Source: Bacteroidia bacterium (GTDB lineage Bacteria > Bacteroidota > Bacteroidia > J057). From it: a stretch of 24,000 bases of DNA. Under the pieces are notes generated by a model that saw only the letters and a program-made list of their open reading frames with translations, ran no database searches and was not told the DNA's origin. The stretch spans positions 1-24,000 of the forward strand of contig JANRID010000011.1 in NCBI GenBank assembly GCA_033765305.1. Reading direction: 5' to 3'. Positions 9,101 to 18,946 of this stretch are shown one piece after another. Within the stretch, counting starts at the first letter, position 1, and each line of letters opens with the position of its first letter. The position numbers were made by a program, and so were the translations under genes.

Positions 9101-9257
9101 CCACGAGCGCAGCTACAAGGCACTCGAAGACATCAAGGTGCTGCCGAACGTGCAGTATATGACGCTGGTCCGCAACCGCACCGAGGCGGAAGCGGCTTCC
9201 CGCGCCCGGACCCAGAAGGGGGCAGAAACGCACGCTGCCGCCGACCACCACGGATAA
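6132..9257 (+). CDS. actB: alternative complex III subunit ActB (molybdopterin-oxidoreductase-like domain fused to a 4Fe-4S ferredoxin domain)
   Basis: The ORF in the track starts at 6045 and overlaps actA. ATG 6132 (MRENRYWQTPEQL) is the family-typical start. A twin-arginine motif (SGRRDFLKMMGFGLSAAVLAAC) is present. Cys clusters are CTGCGACVVSC, CQQCDNAPCETVCP, CIGTRYCANNCP and CSFC...CQQSCP. Confidence 0.9.
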   Translation: MRENRYWQTPEQLHAAPAGTDPKQERDIPVDELLENALPSGRRDFLKMMGFGLSAAVLAACQKAPVKYALPYVKNPTDLVPGIPNFYATGFYDGQEFSSILVKTREGRPIKVEGNKLSPLHKGGVGARAHASILSLYDNSDARLRQPAEANGDQFVPVAWDKLDGTVPGKLAEAANAGKPIYLITGSVISPMRMAAIAAFKAKYPTAQHVVYDAINYDAIAQAHETLLGKRAMPAYRFDKAQVVASFNCDFLGTWLSPTEFTRQWTSTRKVTDTNPTVSRLYQFEAQMSLTGANADHRIPMKPSQEAAALVALYNSIAARARQDIYNAPKVELAGNFIEKASLDLWEARGKALVVSGTNDANIQQIVVAINWMLEAYGATLDLERPCLLRSRGDSTLEAALAGFAGAGAVLIHGGTNPAYSHPTAEAFTSALAKVPLRISFSSYLDDTAALCTHVAPDHHYLESWGDAQPYAGQYFLQQPTIQPLFKTRQFEETLLLWAGVKTTAFDFLRAQFAQAHKALADKKDAPSVDQLWMQSLHDGFYVHPSDGKSADAPKLAASVAPAVAAATQAIKPAELEVVLYQKVAIGDGTLTNNPWLHELPDPISKAVWDNYVAVNPVDAQAKGIKTGTHVKVTLGSYSVELPAYVQPGQARGTVAIALGYGRTKGGKVVEYSGKGLGKNAYPFVTFAGGLPRYSATGATLELTGGFTELALSQRHPTSMGRDIIRETTLSEYRKNPKAANEHQVHIVQVFPQHPKNGHWWAMAIDLNACTGCGACVVSCVAENNIAVVGRNEVKRSREMHWLRIDRYYSTNPEALEKQDLKAMELPEEYPQVIFQPMLCQQCDNAPCETVCPVLATTHSSEGLNQMTYNRCIGTRYCANNCPYKVRRFNWFNYWNDKTLYGDLYSHSEMGRLVLNPDVTVRFRGVMEKCSFCVQRLQDAKLRAKVNANSTFAKPEDGEVKTACQQSCPTGAIVFGDFNDPESEVSKLIRHERSYKALEDIKVLPNVQYMTLVRNRTEAEAASRARTQKGAETHAAADHHG

Positions 9258-9264
9258 TGCATCA

Positions 9265-9284
9265 GGCGGGGGCATGCCCCCGCC
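9265..9284. other. perfect GC-rich palindrome / stem-loop in the actB-actC spacer
   Basis: GGCGGGGG CATG CCCCCGCC forms an 8-bp G/C stem with a 4-nt loop, and is fully self-complementary over 20 nt. It starts 8 nt after the actB TAA (9255-9257). Confidence 0.6.
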
Positions 9285-9329
9285 GCTTTCATACCTCTGA
9301 GCGAATATTCCCGGAACAACGAACGGAAC

Positions 9330-10730
<1,401 letters not shown>

Positions 10731-10765
10731 CATCCTCCAGACCCCTCTGATAATCTGCGGAGACA

Positions 10766-11293
10766 ATGAAAGCAAGAAACTTCGTCGTCGGAAAATTCTG
10801 GAACCCCGACCATGTGCTGGAGGCGCTCGACAAGCTGCAGCACGACCGGGTCCTGGTGTATGATGTATTCTCGCCCTTTCCCATCCACGGGATCGAGCCA
10901 TATCTCAATATCAAGCGCACACGGCTGACGGTGGCCTCCTTCATCTACGGCTGCATCGGCGTCACGCTGGCAGTCACGATGATGTCCCTGATCTACGGGG
11001 TGGTATGGCCGGTGAACATCGGCGGCAAGCCCTATGTGCCGTGGGTGGACTTTACGCCGGTGGCGTTCGAGACGACGGTGCTCTTTGCCGCGCACGGCAT
11101 GGTGATCACCTTCTTCATCGTGGGCAACTTCTGGCCGGGCAAAAAGGCCCGCCTGTTCGACGACCGCCAGACGGACGACGTGATCGTGGTGGCGATCGAC
11201 CGCCAGAAAATCGAAAATATGGACGCGGTCCGCAAGACGCTGACGGATGCGGGCGCATTTGAAGTCACCGAACAAATCTCTGAAGGGCGATGA
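10766..11293 (+). CDS. actD: alternative complex III subunit ActD (DUF3341 membrane protein)
   Basis: 175-aa ORF with two central TM helices. The N-terminus (VVGKFWNPDHVLEALDKLQHDRVLVYDVFSPFPIHGIE) is typical of DUF3341. Its stop overlaps the actE start (ATGA at 11290-11293). Confidence 0.85.
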   Translation: MKARNFVVGKFWNPDHVLEALDKLQHDRVLVYDVFSPFPIHGIEPYLNIKRTRLTVASFIYGCIGVTLAVTMMSLIYGVVWPVNIGGKPYVPWVDFTPVAFETTVLFAAHGMVITFFIVGNFWPGKKARLFDDRQTDDVIVVAIDRQKIENMDAVRKTLTDAGAFEVTEQISEGR

Positions 11294-12000
11294 ACCAGCA
11301 AGCACGCATCTTCGCAGTCCTGACGGCAGGCGTTCTGCTCCTGGCGCTCTCCGGCTGCTATACCGACAAATCCCGGCGCAACCTGGAGTATGCGCCCAAC
11401 ATGTACAACTCCCTGCCGCTGGAGCCTTACTCCCAGACGGTTTTCTGGGAGACCAACATCGGCGGCAACTACGAGGCTGCTCGCAAGGACGGCAAATCGC
11501 CCTTTGCCAACGGCCTCAATGCCCAGCGCGCACCCGAAGGCACGGTGCCCCGCACGGAATCGTGGATTACGGCTGCCGACACCCTCGTGCCCTACACGCC
11601 GTATCCGCATCCCGACTCGCCGGAAGGCTATGAGGCTGCCAACGGCTACCTGAGCCCGCTCAATCTGCCCGACCGCAACGGAAAAGGCATTCAGTGCACG
11701 GAGGAAAGCTTCAAGCGCGGCAAGGAAGTGTACGAGATCTACTGCCAGGTCTGCCACGGTGCCAAAGGCGACGGCCAGGGCACGCTGGCGCAGAAAGGGG
11801 TGCTGGGCGGCGTGCCTGCCTACAACTCCGGACGCCTTGCGACCATGACCGCCGGCCAGATGTACCATTCCATCACCTACGGGCGCAACAACATGGGCTC
11901 GTACGCAGCCCAGCTCACCCCGCGCCAGCGCTGGGAGGTGATCTGCTACATCCAGCAGTTCCAGCCGGCCCCCGGCGCTGCGCAACCCGCGACGAATTGA
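11290..12000 (+). CDS. actE: alternative complex III subunit ActE (monoheme cytochrome c lipoprotein)
   Basis: 236-aa ORF with a lipoprotein signal (LLLALSGC) and a single CQVCH heme motif. The downstream ...MTAGQMYHSITYGRNNMGSY segment supplies a likely Met ligand. Confidence 0.85.
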   Translation: MNQQARIFAVLTAGVLLLALSGCYTDKSRRNLEYAPNMYNSLPLEPYSQTVFWETNIGGNYEAARKDGKSPFANGLNAQRAPEGTVPRTESWITAADTLVPYTPYPHPDSPEGYEAANGYLSPLNLPDRNGKGIQCTEESFKRGKEVYEIYCQVCHGAKGDGQGTLAQKGVLGGVPAYNSGRLATMTAGQMYHSITYGRNNMGSYAAQLTPRQRWEVICYIQQFQPAPGAAQPATN

Positions 12001-12029
12001 TTCCCTGAACCCCCATAAACCGTAATACT

Positions 12030-13376
12030 TTGAAAGCGGTACACTATACAAAGGAACAGCTGACCGAACGCTTCGAGTTCACGCCCAAGCTGCGGAACTT
12101 CATCTTCGGTCTGATTGGGGTGGGCCTGGTGCTGGTGCTGCTAGGCGCATTCCTGGGCGGCGGCGGCGAAGAGCACGCCACGGAAGGCGGACACCATGCG
12201 GCAGCTGCCGCAGGCGAGGTGATCGCCGTAGCCGATACGGACGGCGGCCATCATGCCGACCATCCGCCGGTGCTCGTGCGCCGGATTCTGGCCAACCTGC
12301 TCATCAGCAGCCTGTATTTCATGACCATTGCGATGGGCTGCATGTTCTTCCTGACCGTGCACCGCATCGGCAATGCCGGCTGGCATACGGCCATCAAGCG
12401 CGTACCGGAGGCGATCGTGACCTGGCTGCCTGTAGGCGCCGCCGGCTTCGCCATCCTGTGCATTTTCCTGAATCAGCTGTATGAATGGGCGATTCTGCCC
12501 GCAGGGGCCGATGCCATCATCGACTCCAAGCGCGCATATCTCAATCAGCCGTTTTTCATCGCCCGCACGTTTGTGTTCTTCCTGATCTGGGGGGCTGCTG
12601 CCTGGTATTACCGCCGGCTCTCGCACAAACAGGATGCAGCTGCCAGCTCCGATGAAGGGGTGGCCTGGTTCAAGCGCAGCGAAGCCCTTTCCGCTGGGTT
12701 TGTGGTATTCTTTGCCCTTTCCTACAGCTTCTTCGCGGTGGATTGGATCAAGTCGCTGGAGCCGCACTGGTTCAGCACGATCTTCGGGGTGCAGGTGTTT
12801 GCCGGCTCGATGGTGATTGCCAACGTGACGATGTACCTGCTGCTGCTCTACCTCCAGAACCAGGGCTACATGAAGTATGTGAACCCGTCGCACTACCACG
12901 ACCTGGGCAAATACACCTTCGGCTTCTCGATCTTCTGGGCCTATACTTGGCTGGCGCAGTACCTGCTGATCTGGTATGCGAACATTCCGGAGGAAGGCAT
13001 CTACTATGTCAAGCGCTACCGCGTGGAAGATCCTGAGTATCTGGGATATGCGTTCTTCTTCTACGCCAACATCATCATCAACTTCATCACGCCGTTCTTC
13101 GCGCTGATGACCCGCGATGCCAAGCGCCATGCCACGACCTTCGTGCCGGTGGGCATCCTGCTGATCTACGGCCACTGGCAGGATCTGTTCCAGATGGTGA
13201 TGCCCGGCGCAGTCGGGAAGAACCAGGGAATCGGCTTCCTCGAGATCGGTTTCTTCCTGGCGTTTGCAGGCCTGTTCATGCTGGTGGTGTTCCGCTCGCT
13301 GACCCGCGCCAATCTGGCGCCCGTCAACCACCCCTATCTGGAGGAAAGCCTGCACCATACGACCGGGGCCGTTTGA
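12030..13376 (+). CDS. actF: alternative complex III subunit ActF (NrfD-like membrane subunit)
   Basis: 448-aa polytopic ORF in the actF position. Only a TTG start (12030) is available upstream of the first TM helix, so the start is uncertain. Confidence 0.8.
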   Translation: MKAVHYTKEQLTERFEFTPKLRNFIFGLIGVGLVLVLLGAFLGGGGEEHATEGGHHAAAAAGEVIAVADTDGGHHADHPPVLVRRILANLLISSLYFMTIAMGCMFFLTVHRIGNAGWHTAIKRVPEAIVTWLPVGAAGFAILCIFLNQLYEWAILPAGADAIIDSKRAYLNQPFFIARTFVFFLIWGAAAWYYRRLSHKQDAAASSDEGVAWFKRSEALSAGFVVFFALSYSFFAVDWIKSLEPHWFSTIFGVQVFAGSMVIANVTMYLLLLYLQNQGYMKYVNPSHYHDLGKYTFGFSIFWAYTWLAQYLLIWYANIPEEGIYYVKRYRVEDPEYLGYAFFFYANIIINFITPFFALMTRDAKRHATTFVPVGILLIYGHWQDLFQMVMPGAVGKNQGIGFLEIGFFLAFAGLFMLVVFRSLTRANLAPVNHPYLEESLHHTTGAV

Positions 13377-13456
13377 CGGATTAAGAAAATCGTATATTTG
13401 GATCAACAATCCTTCCCCTCTCCCAGTTATAGACTTACCATACCGAGATACGCTGC

Positions 13457-14521
13457 ATGGATGCACAGTCCCTTATCAGTCTCGCGCAATGGCTGCTGGT
13501 GCTCATTTTGGGCATGGTCTGCGCGAACCTTTACCTGGTATTCCGCCTGAAGGATCTCGATCCCTTCGCCCGCTGGAACGCAAACCTGATCAATGCCTGG
13601 CTGCTGCTGCTCTTTATGATCGGCGGATTCATCGCAGCTGCGGTGTCGACTGGCGTGTGGAAGGAGCATTTTACGCTCGTCTTCGATTCCGCATCGGAGC
13701 ATGGGGAATGGATCGATGCGATGTTCTGGCGCACCATGGCCGTATCGATCTTCGTGACGGTCATTACGAATGTGCTGCTCTTCTATTACGCATGGCGCTA
13801 CCGCGCCCGCGAAGGCCAGAAGGCGCTCTTTTATCCGCATAACAACAAGCTGGAGCTGATCTGGACCATCATTCCGGCCATCGTGCTCACGGCCCTGATT
13901 CTGGACGGCGCGTTCAAGTGGCTCAAAATCACAGGTCCTGCTCCGGACGACGCGCTGCTGGTGGAAGTCAACGGCAAGCAGTTTGCCTGGACGGCCCGCT
14001 ATCCCGGCGCAGATCTGGAATTTGGCGAGACGAATGTCCGCCTGATCGACGAAGGCAAGGGCAACACGCTCGGATTCAACCTCGAAGACAAGCGAGGCCA
14101 TGACGATCTGGTTACCAATGAAATGGTGATTCCGGTCAACACGGATATTGAGATGAAGATCCGCTCCCGCGATGTGCTTCACAGCGCTACGCTGGCCCAT
14201 TTCCGGGTCAAGATGGATGCGGTGCCCGGCATGATGACCCGCTTCCACTTCAAGCCGACCAAAACGACGGCTGAAATGCGGGAGATCAAAGGCAATCCGG
14301 ACTTCGAATACGAAATGTCCTGCCAGCAGATCTGCGGCGGCGGCCACTGGAACATGCGTCTGGTGGTGAAAGTGGTGACGATGGAGGAATACAAAGCCTG
14401 GGCTGCCCAGCAGCAGACCTTTATCGCCTCCTACCGTCAGCTGAATCCGGAAGCCGGCGGAGCACAGGCCGATGCTTCCGAAGCAGAAGCCACAGCGCCT
14501 CAGATGGCAGTTTCCCGCTGA
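13457..14521 (+). CDS. coxB: cytochrome c oxidase subunit II (CuA subunit, no fused cytochrome c domain)
   Basis: 354-aa ORF with N-terminal TM helices and a cupredoxin domain. The CuA ligands are DVLHS ... SCQQICGGGHWNM (H, C, C, H, M). Confidence 0.9.
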   Translation: MDAQSLISLAQWLLVLILGMVCANLYLVFRLKDLDPFARWNANLINAWLLLLFMIGGFIAAAVSTGVWKEHFTLVFDSASEHGEWIDAMFWRTMAVSIFVTVITNVLLFYYAWRYRAREGQKALFYPHNNKLELIWTIIPAIVLTALILDGAFKWLKITGPAPDDALLVEVNGKQFAWTARYPGADLEFGETNVRLIDEGKGNTLGFNLEDKRGHDDLVTNEMVIPVNTDIEMKIRSRDVLHSATLAHFRVKMDAVPGMMTRFHFKPTKTTAEMREIKGNPDFEYEMSCQQICGGGHWNMRLVVKVVTMEEYKAWAAQQQTFIASYRQLNPEAGGAQADASEAEATAPQMAVSR

Positions 14522-14569
14522 TTGAATGGTACCCGAATCGTAATACTCAGAGCATAAGCGTTCGTATAT

Positions 14570-16459
14570 ATGGCTGAAGTCACTTCGCATGCAGCCGTGA
14601 CAGTTGGGGGGCACGCACACGAGCACCACGATCACGAGCACCACGGAAATTTCTGGACGAACTACGTGTTCAGCACCGACCATAAGGTCATCGCCAAGCA
14701 GTTCATGATCACCGGGATCATCATGGCGATCATCGGGATCGGGATGTCCACGCTGTTCCGTCTGCAACTGGCCTTTCCGGACACCAACTTCCCGGTCCTG
14801 GAGTTTTTCCTCGGGAAATGGGCCCCGGATGGCAAACTCGATCCGAATTTCTACCTGGCCCTGGTAACGATGCACGGGACTTTCATGGTCTTTTTCGTGC
14901 TCACGGCCGGCCTGAGCGGCACCTTCAGCAACTTCCTGATTCCGCTGCAGATCGGCGCGCGCGACATGGCGTCGGGCTTCATCAATATGCTTTCGTACTG
15001 GTTCTTCTTCGCATCGTCGGTAATCATGCTGATTTCCCTCTTTGTGGAGACGGGCCCTGCTGCTGCCGGCTGGACGATTTATCCTCCGCTCAGCGCACTG
15101 CCTGAAGCGATTCCGGGCTCCGGTGTCGGGATGACGCTCTGGCTGGTGGCCATGGTGCTCTTCATCGCCTCGTCGCTGATGGGCGGCATCAACTACATCG
15201 CCACGGTGCTGAACCTCCGCACGGAAGGCATGTCGTTCGACCGCCTGCCGCTGACCATCTGGGCCTTCTTTGTAACGGCGATCCTCGGGGTGCTTTCCTT
15301 CCCCGTGCTGCTGGCCGCAGCGCTGCTGCTGCTGTTCGACCGCTCATTCGGCACCAGCTTCTATCTCTCCGACATCTTCATCGGCGGTGCCGCCATGCAC
15401 CACCAGGGGGGCAGCCCGATCCTGTTCCAGCACCTGTTCTGGTTCCTCGGCCACCCGGAAGTATATATCGTGCTGCTGCCCGCACTGGGCATCACCTCCG
15501 AGATTGTATCGGTGCACAGCCGCAAGCCGATCTTCGGCTACAAGGCTATGATCGGTTCGATTCTGGGCATCGCTTTCCTTTCGTTCATCGTGTGGGCGCA
15601 CCACATGTTCGTGACCGGGATGAACCCCTTCCTCGGAACGGTGTTCATGCTCTTCACGCTGGTGATCGCCGTGCCTTCGGCCATCAAGGCGTTCAACTAC
15701 ATCGCCACGCTTTGGAAGGGCAATATCCGGTTTACGACGCCGATGCTGTTTGCAATCGGTCTCGTATCCTTCTTCATCACCGGCGGCATCACCGGCATCT
15801 TCTTGGGCAATGCAGCGCTGGACATTCCGCTGCACGATACCTACTTTGTGACGGCGCACTTCCACCTCGTGATGGGTTCGGCTTCGGCCTTCGGCTTCTT
15901 CGCCGGGATCTACCAGTGGTTCCCCAAGATGTTCGGCCGCCAGCTGAACGCACGCCTGGGCTATCTGCACTTCTGGTTTACGTTTGTATCGCTGTATCTC
16001 GTGTTCTTCCCGATGCACTTTATGGGCATGGGCGGTGTGGCACGCCACTATTACAGCCAGACGGCGTTTGACTTCATGAACGTGTTCGGCGACCTGCAGG
16101 TGTTCATCACCATTGCGGCGATCATCGGCTTCTTCGGGCAGTTCTTCTTCCTGTGGAACTTTGTGACCAGCATTTTCTGGGGCAAGCAGTCTTCGCTCAA
16201 CCCCTGGGAATCCAACACGCTGGAGTGGACTACGCCGCTGCATCCGGGCCACGGCAACTGGCCGGGCGCGATTCCTGCAGTGCACCGCTGGCCGTATGAC
16301 TATTCCCGCCCCGGTGTGAAGAAGGATTACCTGCCGCAGCACATTCCGGATGAGGAAGTAGAATACGAAGAAGGATTCAAGCCGGAACTCGATCCGCATC
16401 ATGCCCCTGCGCCCAAGCGCAAGCAGGAGACGGGCGAGAAGACGGAAACAGCTGAATAA
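14570..16459 (+). CDS. coxA: cytochrome c oxidase subunit I (heme-copper oxidase catalytic subunit)
   Basis: 629-aa ORF with the classic motifs HGTFMVFF, GAAMHHQGGSPILFQHLFWFLGHPEVYI, WAHHMF and HDTYFVTAHFH. It has a His-rich N-terminus and an acidic C-terminal tail. Confidence 0.95.
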   Translation: MAEVTSHAAVTVGGHAHEHHDHEHHGNFWTNYVFSTDHKVIAKQFMITGIIMAIIGIGMSTLFRLQLAFPDTNFPVLEFFLGKWAPDGKLDPNFYLALVTMHGTFMVFFVLTAGLSGTFSNFLIPLQIGARDMASGFINMLSYWFFFASSVIMLISLFVETGPAAAGWTIYPPLSALPEAIPGSGVGMTLWLVAMVLFIASSLMGGINYIATVLNLRTEGMSFDRLPLTIWAFFVTAILGVLSFPVLLAAALLLLFDRSFGTSFYLSDIFIGGAAMHHQGGSPILFQHLFWFLGHPEVYIVLLPALGITSEIVSVHSRKPIFGYKAMIGSILGIAFLSFIVWAHHMFVTGMNPFLGTVFMLFTLVIAVPSAIKAFNYIATLWKGNIRFTTPMLFAIGLVSFFITGGITGIFLGNAALDIPLHDTYFVTAHFHLVMGSASAFGFFAGIYQWFPKMFGRQLNARLGYLHFWFTFVSLYLVFFPMHFMGMGGVARHYYSQTAFDFMNVFGDLQVFITIAAIIGFFGQFFFLWNFVTSIFWGKQSSLNPWESNTLEWTTPLHPGHGNWPGAIPAVHRWPYDYSRPGVKKDYLPQHIPDEEVEYEEGFKPELDPHHAPAPKRKQETGEKTETAE

Positions 16460-16467
16460 TTCCGCTA

Positions 16468-17457
16468 TTGGAATCTCCTATCCCGACGGCAGCGCCCGCA
16501 GTGAAACGCTATCGATGGATGGCAGGCATCACGGTGGGCGCTGTCATCTTTTTGATCCTGGTAGGTGCGCTGGTGCGCATGACGGGATCGGGCATGGGCT
16601 GCCCTGACTGGCCGAAATGCTTCGGGCAGTGGGTGCCGCCGACGGATATTTCACAGCTGCCGGCGGATTATAAGATCCGGTTTCAGGTGGCGGGGAAGGA
16701 AATCGCCGATTTCGACCCGTACAAGACCTGGATCGAGTACATCAACCGGCTGATCGGGGTGCTGATCGGGCTCTTTGCGCTGATTACGGCGGCGCTGTCG
16801 CTGCCGTTGCGGCGGCTAGATCCCTGGATCACGCGGTGGAGTGCAGCGGGGCTGGTGCTGGTGATCCTGCAAGGGGGGCTGGGTGCGTATGTTGTGCGCA
16901 CGAACCTGAAAACCGGCATCATTACGCTGCACATGCTGATGGCGCTGCTGGTGCTGGCGGCCTTTATGGCGGCGTGGATGCGGACCCTGCGCACACAGGC
17001 GAATGCAGAGCCCGGGCTGTTCCGGCTGTCGCTGGCGGCGCTGCTGCTGACGCTGGTGCAGATTCTGCTGGGCACCCAGGTGCGCGAGCAGATCGACGAG
17101 CTGGCGATTGCGCTGGGATCGGACCGGCGTGCGGAGTGGATTGCGGGGCTGGATGCGCTGTACGACGTGCACAAGGTATTTTACTATGTGCTTGCGGCAG
17201 CGGCGGCGGCGGTGTGGTGGCAGGGAAGACGTTCGGGCACGCGCGCATTGCGGCTGCTGAGCTGGAGCTTGCCTGCGGTGGTGGCAGCGGAGGTGCTGCT
17301 GGGGCTGGGGATGCATCACCTGGCTGTGCCGGCGGTCTTTCAGCCGTTGCATTTGTTGGCTGCAACGCTGTTATTTGCGGGGTTGTTTCTGATGACGGGA
17401 TTGGCCTGGCCGCGGCGGCCGGGTGCAGAGCAAGCACATGATGAACATGCAAGATAA
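16468..17457 (+). CDS. ctaA: heme A synthase (COX15/CtaA family)
   Basis: 329-aa polytopic ORF carrying VRMTGSGMGCPDWPKCFG and conserved His-containing helices (HMLMALL, HKVFY, HLLAATLL). The start is ambiguous: TTG 16468, GTG 16501 or ATG 16519. Confidence 0.85.
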   Translation: MESPIPTAAPAVKRYRWMAGITVGAVIFLILVGALVRMTGSGMGCPDWPKCFGQWVPPTDISQLPADYKIRFQVAGKEIADFDPYKTWIEYINRLIGVLIGLFALITAALSLPLRRLDPWITRWSAAGLVLVILQGGLGAYVVRTNLKTGIITLHMLMALLVLAAFMAAWMRTLRTQANAEPGLFRLSLAALLLTLVQILLGTQVREQIDELAIALGSDRRAEWIAGLDALYDVHKVFYYVLAAAAAAVWWQGRRSGTRALRLLSWSLPAVVAAEVLLGLGMHHLAVPAVFQPLHLLAATLLFAGLFLMTGLAWPRRPGAEQAHDEHAR

Positions 17458-18343
17458 AGCTGCTGCGCGGGCGTCGTCCGCGGGTGCTGCCTGGCGCAGC
17501 AAGGCGCAGGCCTTGTTCGAGCTGACCAAGGCCCGGCTGAGCCTGCTGGTGGCGCTGTCGGCATCGTTCGGGTATGCCATGGCGGCAGCTCCGGAGCTGG
17601 ATCTGCTTGGCAGCCTGCTCATCGGGCTGGCCGGATGGCTGATTACCGGCGCCTCCAATGCGCTCAATCAGGTGATCGAGCGGGAATACGACCGGGAAAT
17701 GATGCGCACGGCGCGCCGTCCGATGGCGGAAGGGCGTCTGCCGGTGCGGGAGGCAGTAGCCTTTGCGGTGGTGCTGGCGGTGTGCGGGGTTGTGCTGCTC
17801 CATGAGCGCTTCAACCTGCCTGCGGCGCTGCTGGGGATTATCGGGCTGCTTTCGTATGCATTTGTATATACGCCGATGAAGCGGATCTCGCCGGCCTCGG
17901 TGTTCATCGGGGCGATTCCGGGCGGCCTGCCGCCGCTCATCGGATGGGTGGCCTGGACCGGATCGCTGGATCCGGGCGGCTGGGTGCTGTTTGCCTTCCA
18001 GTTTTTCTGGCAGTTTCCCCACTTCTGGGCCATTGCCTGGCGGCTGGATGAGGACTACCGGCGGGCAGGCTTCCGCATGCTGCCTTCGGCAAGCGGACGC
18101 TCGAAATTCAGCGCGACGCTGATTCTGATGTACACGGTGTGCATGATCCCGCTGGCGCTGTTTGCGCTGCGTGCAGGCCTGACCGGTCCCTGGGGGGCTG
18201 CGGTGCTTGCCGTGCTGGGGCTGGGATTTTCCATTCCGGCCTTCCGGCTTCAGCAGACGCTCGACGATGTCCACGCAAAGCGGCTGATGTTTTTCTCATT
18301 TCTGTATCTGCCTGCAAGCCAGGTGGTATTTTTGCTGTTATAG
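17423..18343 (+). CDS. cyoE: protoheme IX farnesyltransferase (heme O synthase)
   Basis: UbiA-family motifs are present: NALNQVIEREYDREMMRTARRPMAEGRL and YTPMKRISP...GAIPGGLPPLIGW. The start is one of GTG 17423 or ATG 17438/17441/17447, and all of them overlap the ctaA 3' end (TAA at 17455-17457). Confidence 0.9.
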   Translation: MQSKHMMNMQDKAAARASSAGAAWRSKAQALFELTKARLSLLVALSASFGYAMAAAPELDLLGSLLIGLAGWLITGASNALNQVIEREYDREMMRTARRPMAEGRLPVREAVAFAVVLAVCGVVLLHERFNLPAALLGIIGLLSYAFVYTPMKRISPASVFIGAIPGGLPPLIGWVAWTGSLDPGGWVLFAFQFFWQFPHFWAIAWRLDEDYRRAGFRMLPSASGRSKFSATLILMYTVCMIPLALFALRAGLTGPWGAAVLAVLGLGFSIPAFRLQQTLDDVHAKRLMFFSFLYLPASQVVFLLL

Positions 18344-18358
18344 GGTTGAGTCCGGGAT

Positions 18359-18946
18359 ATGATGGCTGAACAAAGAACCTATCTGATCCATCCGCAGAAG
18401 TTTCTGCTGTGGCTCTTTATTATATCGGTGATCATGGTCTTCGGCGGGCTGACGAGCGCATACATCGTGCAGCGCTCGTTTGTGCGGCCTGACCAGCAGG
18501 TGCTGTTTGCCCTGCCCGATGTGCTGTGGTACAATCTGGCGCTGGCGCTCCTGAGCAGCGTGACCATGCAGCTGGCGGTCTATTGGGAAAAGCAGAGCCA
18601 GATGCGGCTGGTTTCCCTGGCGCTGGGGATGACGTTTGTGCTCGGCTGCCTGTTTTTGCTGGGGCAATGGCAGGCTTTCGGGGATATGACGGCAGGCGGC
18701 CTGCCCTTCGTGGACCGGCGGCGGCTGGACAATTCGGTCTCGTACTTCTACGTATTCACTGGCCTGCACGGCGCGCATATCGTATCGGCTGTGATCACCG
18801 TGCTGGTGCTGCTGATCCGGTCCCTGCTGAACCGGTTTCCAGCGGGCCGCCGCCGGCTCATTTTTGAGATGAGCGCGGTATTCTGGCATTTCCTCGGGCT
18901 GCTCTGGGTATATCTCTTTGTGTTTCTGAACTACACCCAGCGCTGA
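18359..18946 (+). CDS. ctaE: cytochrome c oxidase subunit III
   Basis: 195-aa ORF with about five TM helices. FYVFTGLHGAHIVSAV and FWHFLGLLWVYLF are subunit III signatures. Confidence 0.85.
   Translation: MMAEQRTYLIHPQKFLLWLFIISVIMVFGGLTSAYIVQRSFVRPDQQVLFALPDVLWYNLALALLSSVTMQLAVYWEKQSQMRLVSLALGMTFVLGCLFLLGQWQAFGDMTAGGLPFVDRRRLDNSVSYFYVFTGLHGAHIVSAVITVLVLLIRSLLNRFPAGRRRLIFEMSAVFWHFLGLLWVYLFVFLNYTQR

Noticed and set aside
9265-9292. The actB-actC palindrome as a classical Rho-independent terminator
   Set aside because: The stem is strong, but the downstream tract is GCTTTCAT rather than a U-run. The site lies between two obligate subunits of one complex. It is kept only as a structural or regulatory candidate.
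12141-14875. Minus-strand ORFs 12141-13466 (441 aa) and 13427-14875 (482 aa), antisense to actF, coxB and coxA
   Set aside because: The same high-GC antisense artefact. Their compositions are biased (R/H/D/G/E-rich), and the sense strand encodes conserved respiratory subunits.
16964-18274. 436-aa minus-strand ORF opposite ctaA/cyoE, similar ORFs at 20771-22150, 15344-16402, 11032-12051, 6480-7682 and 5423-6385, and the plus-strand ORF 18988-20043 opposite ruvC
   Set aside because: All are Pro/Arg/Ala/Gly-rich shadows of well-supported genes on the other strand or in another frame. None has any family motif.
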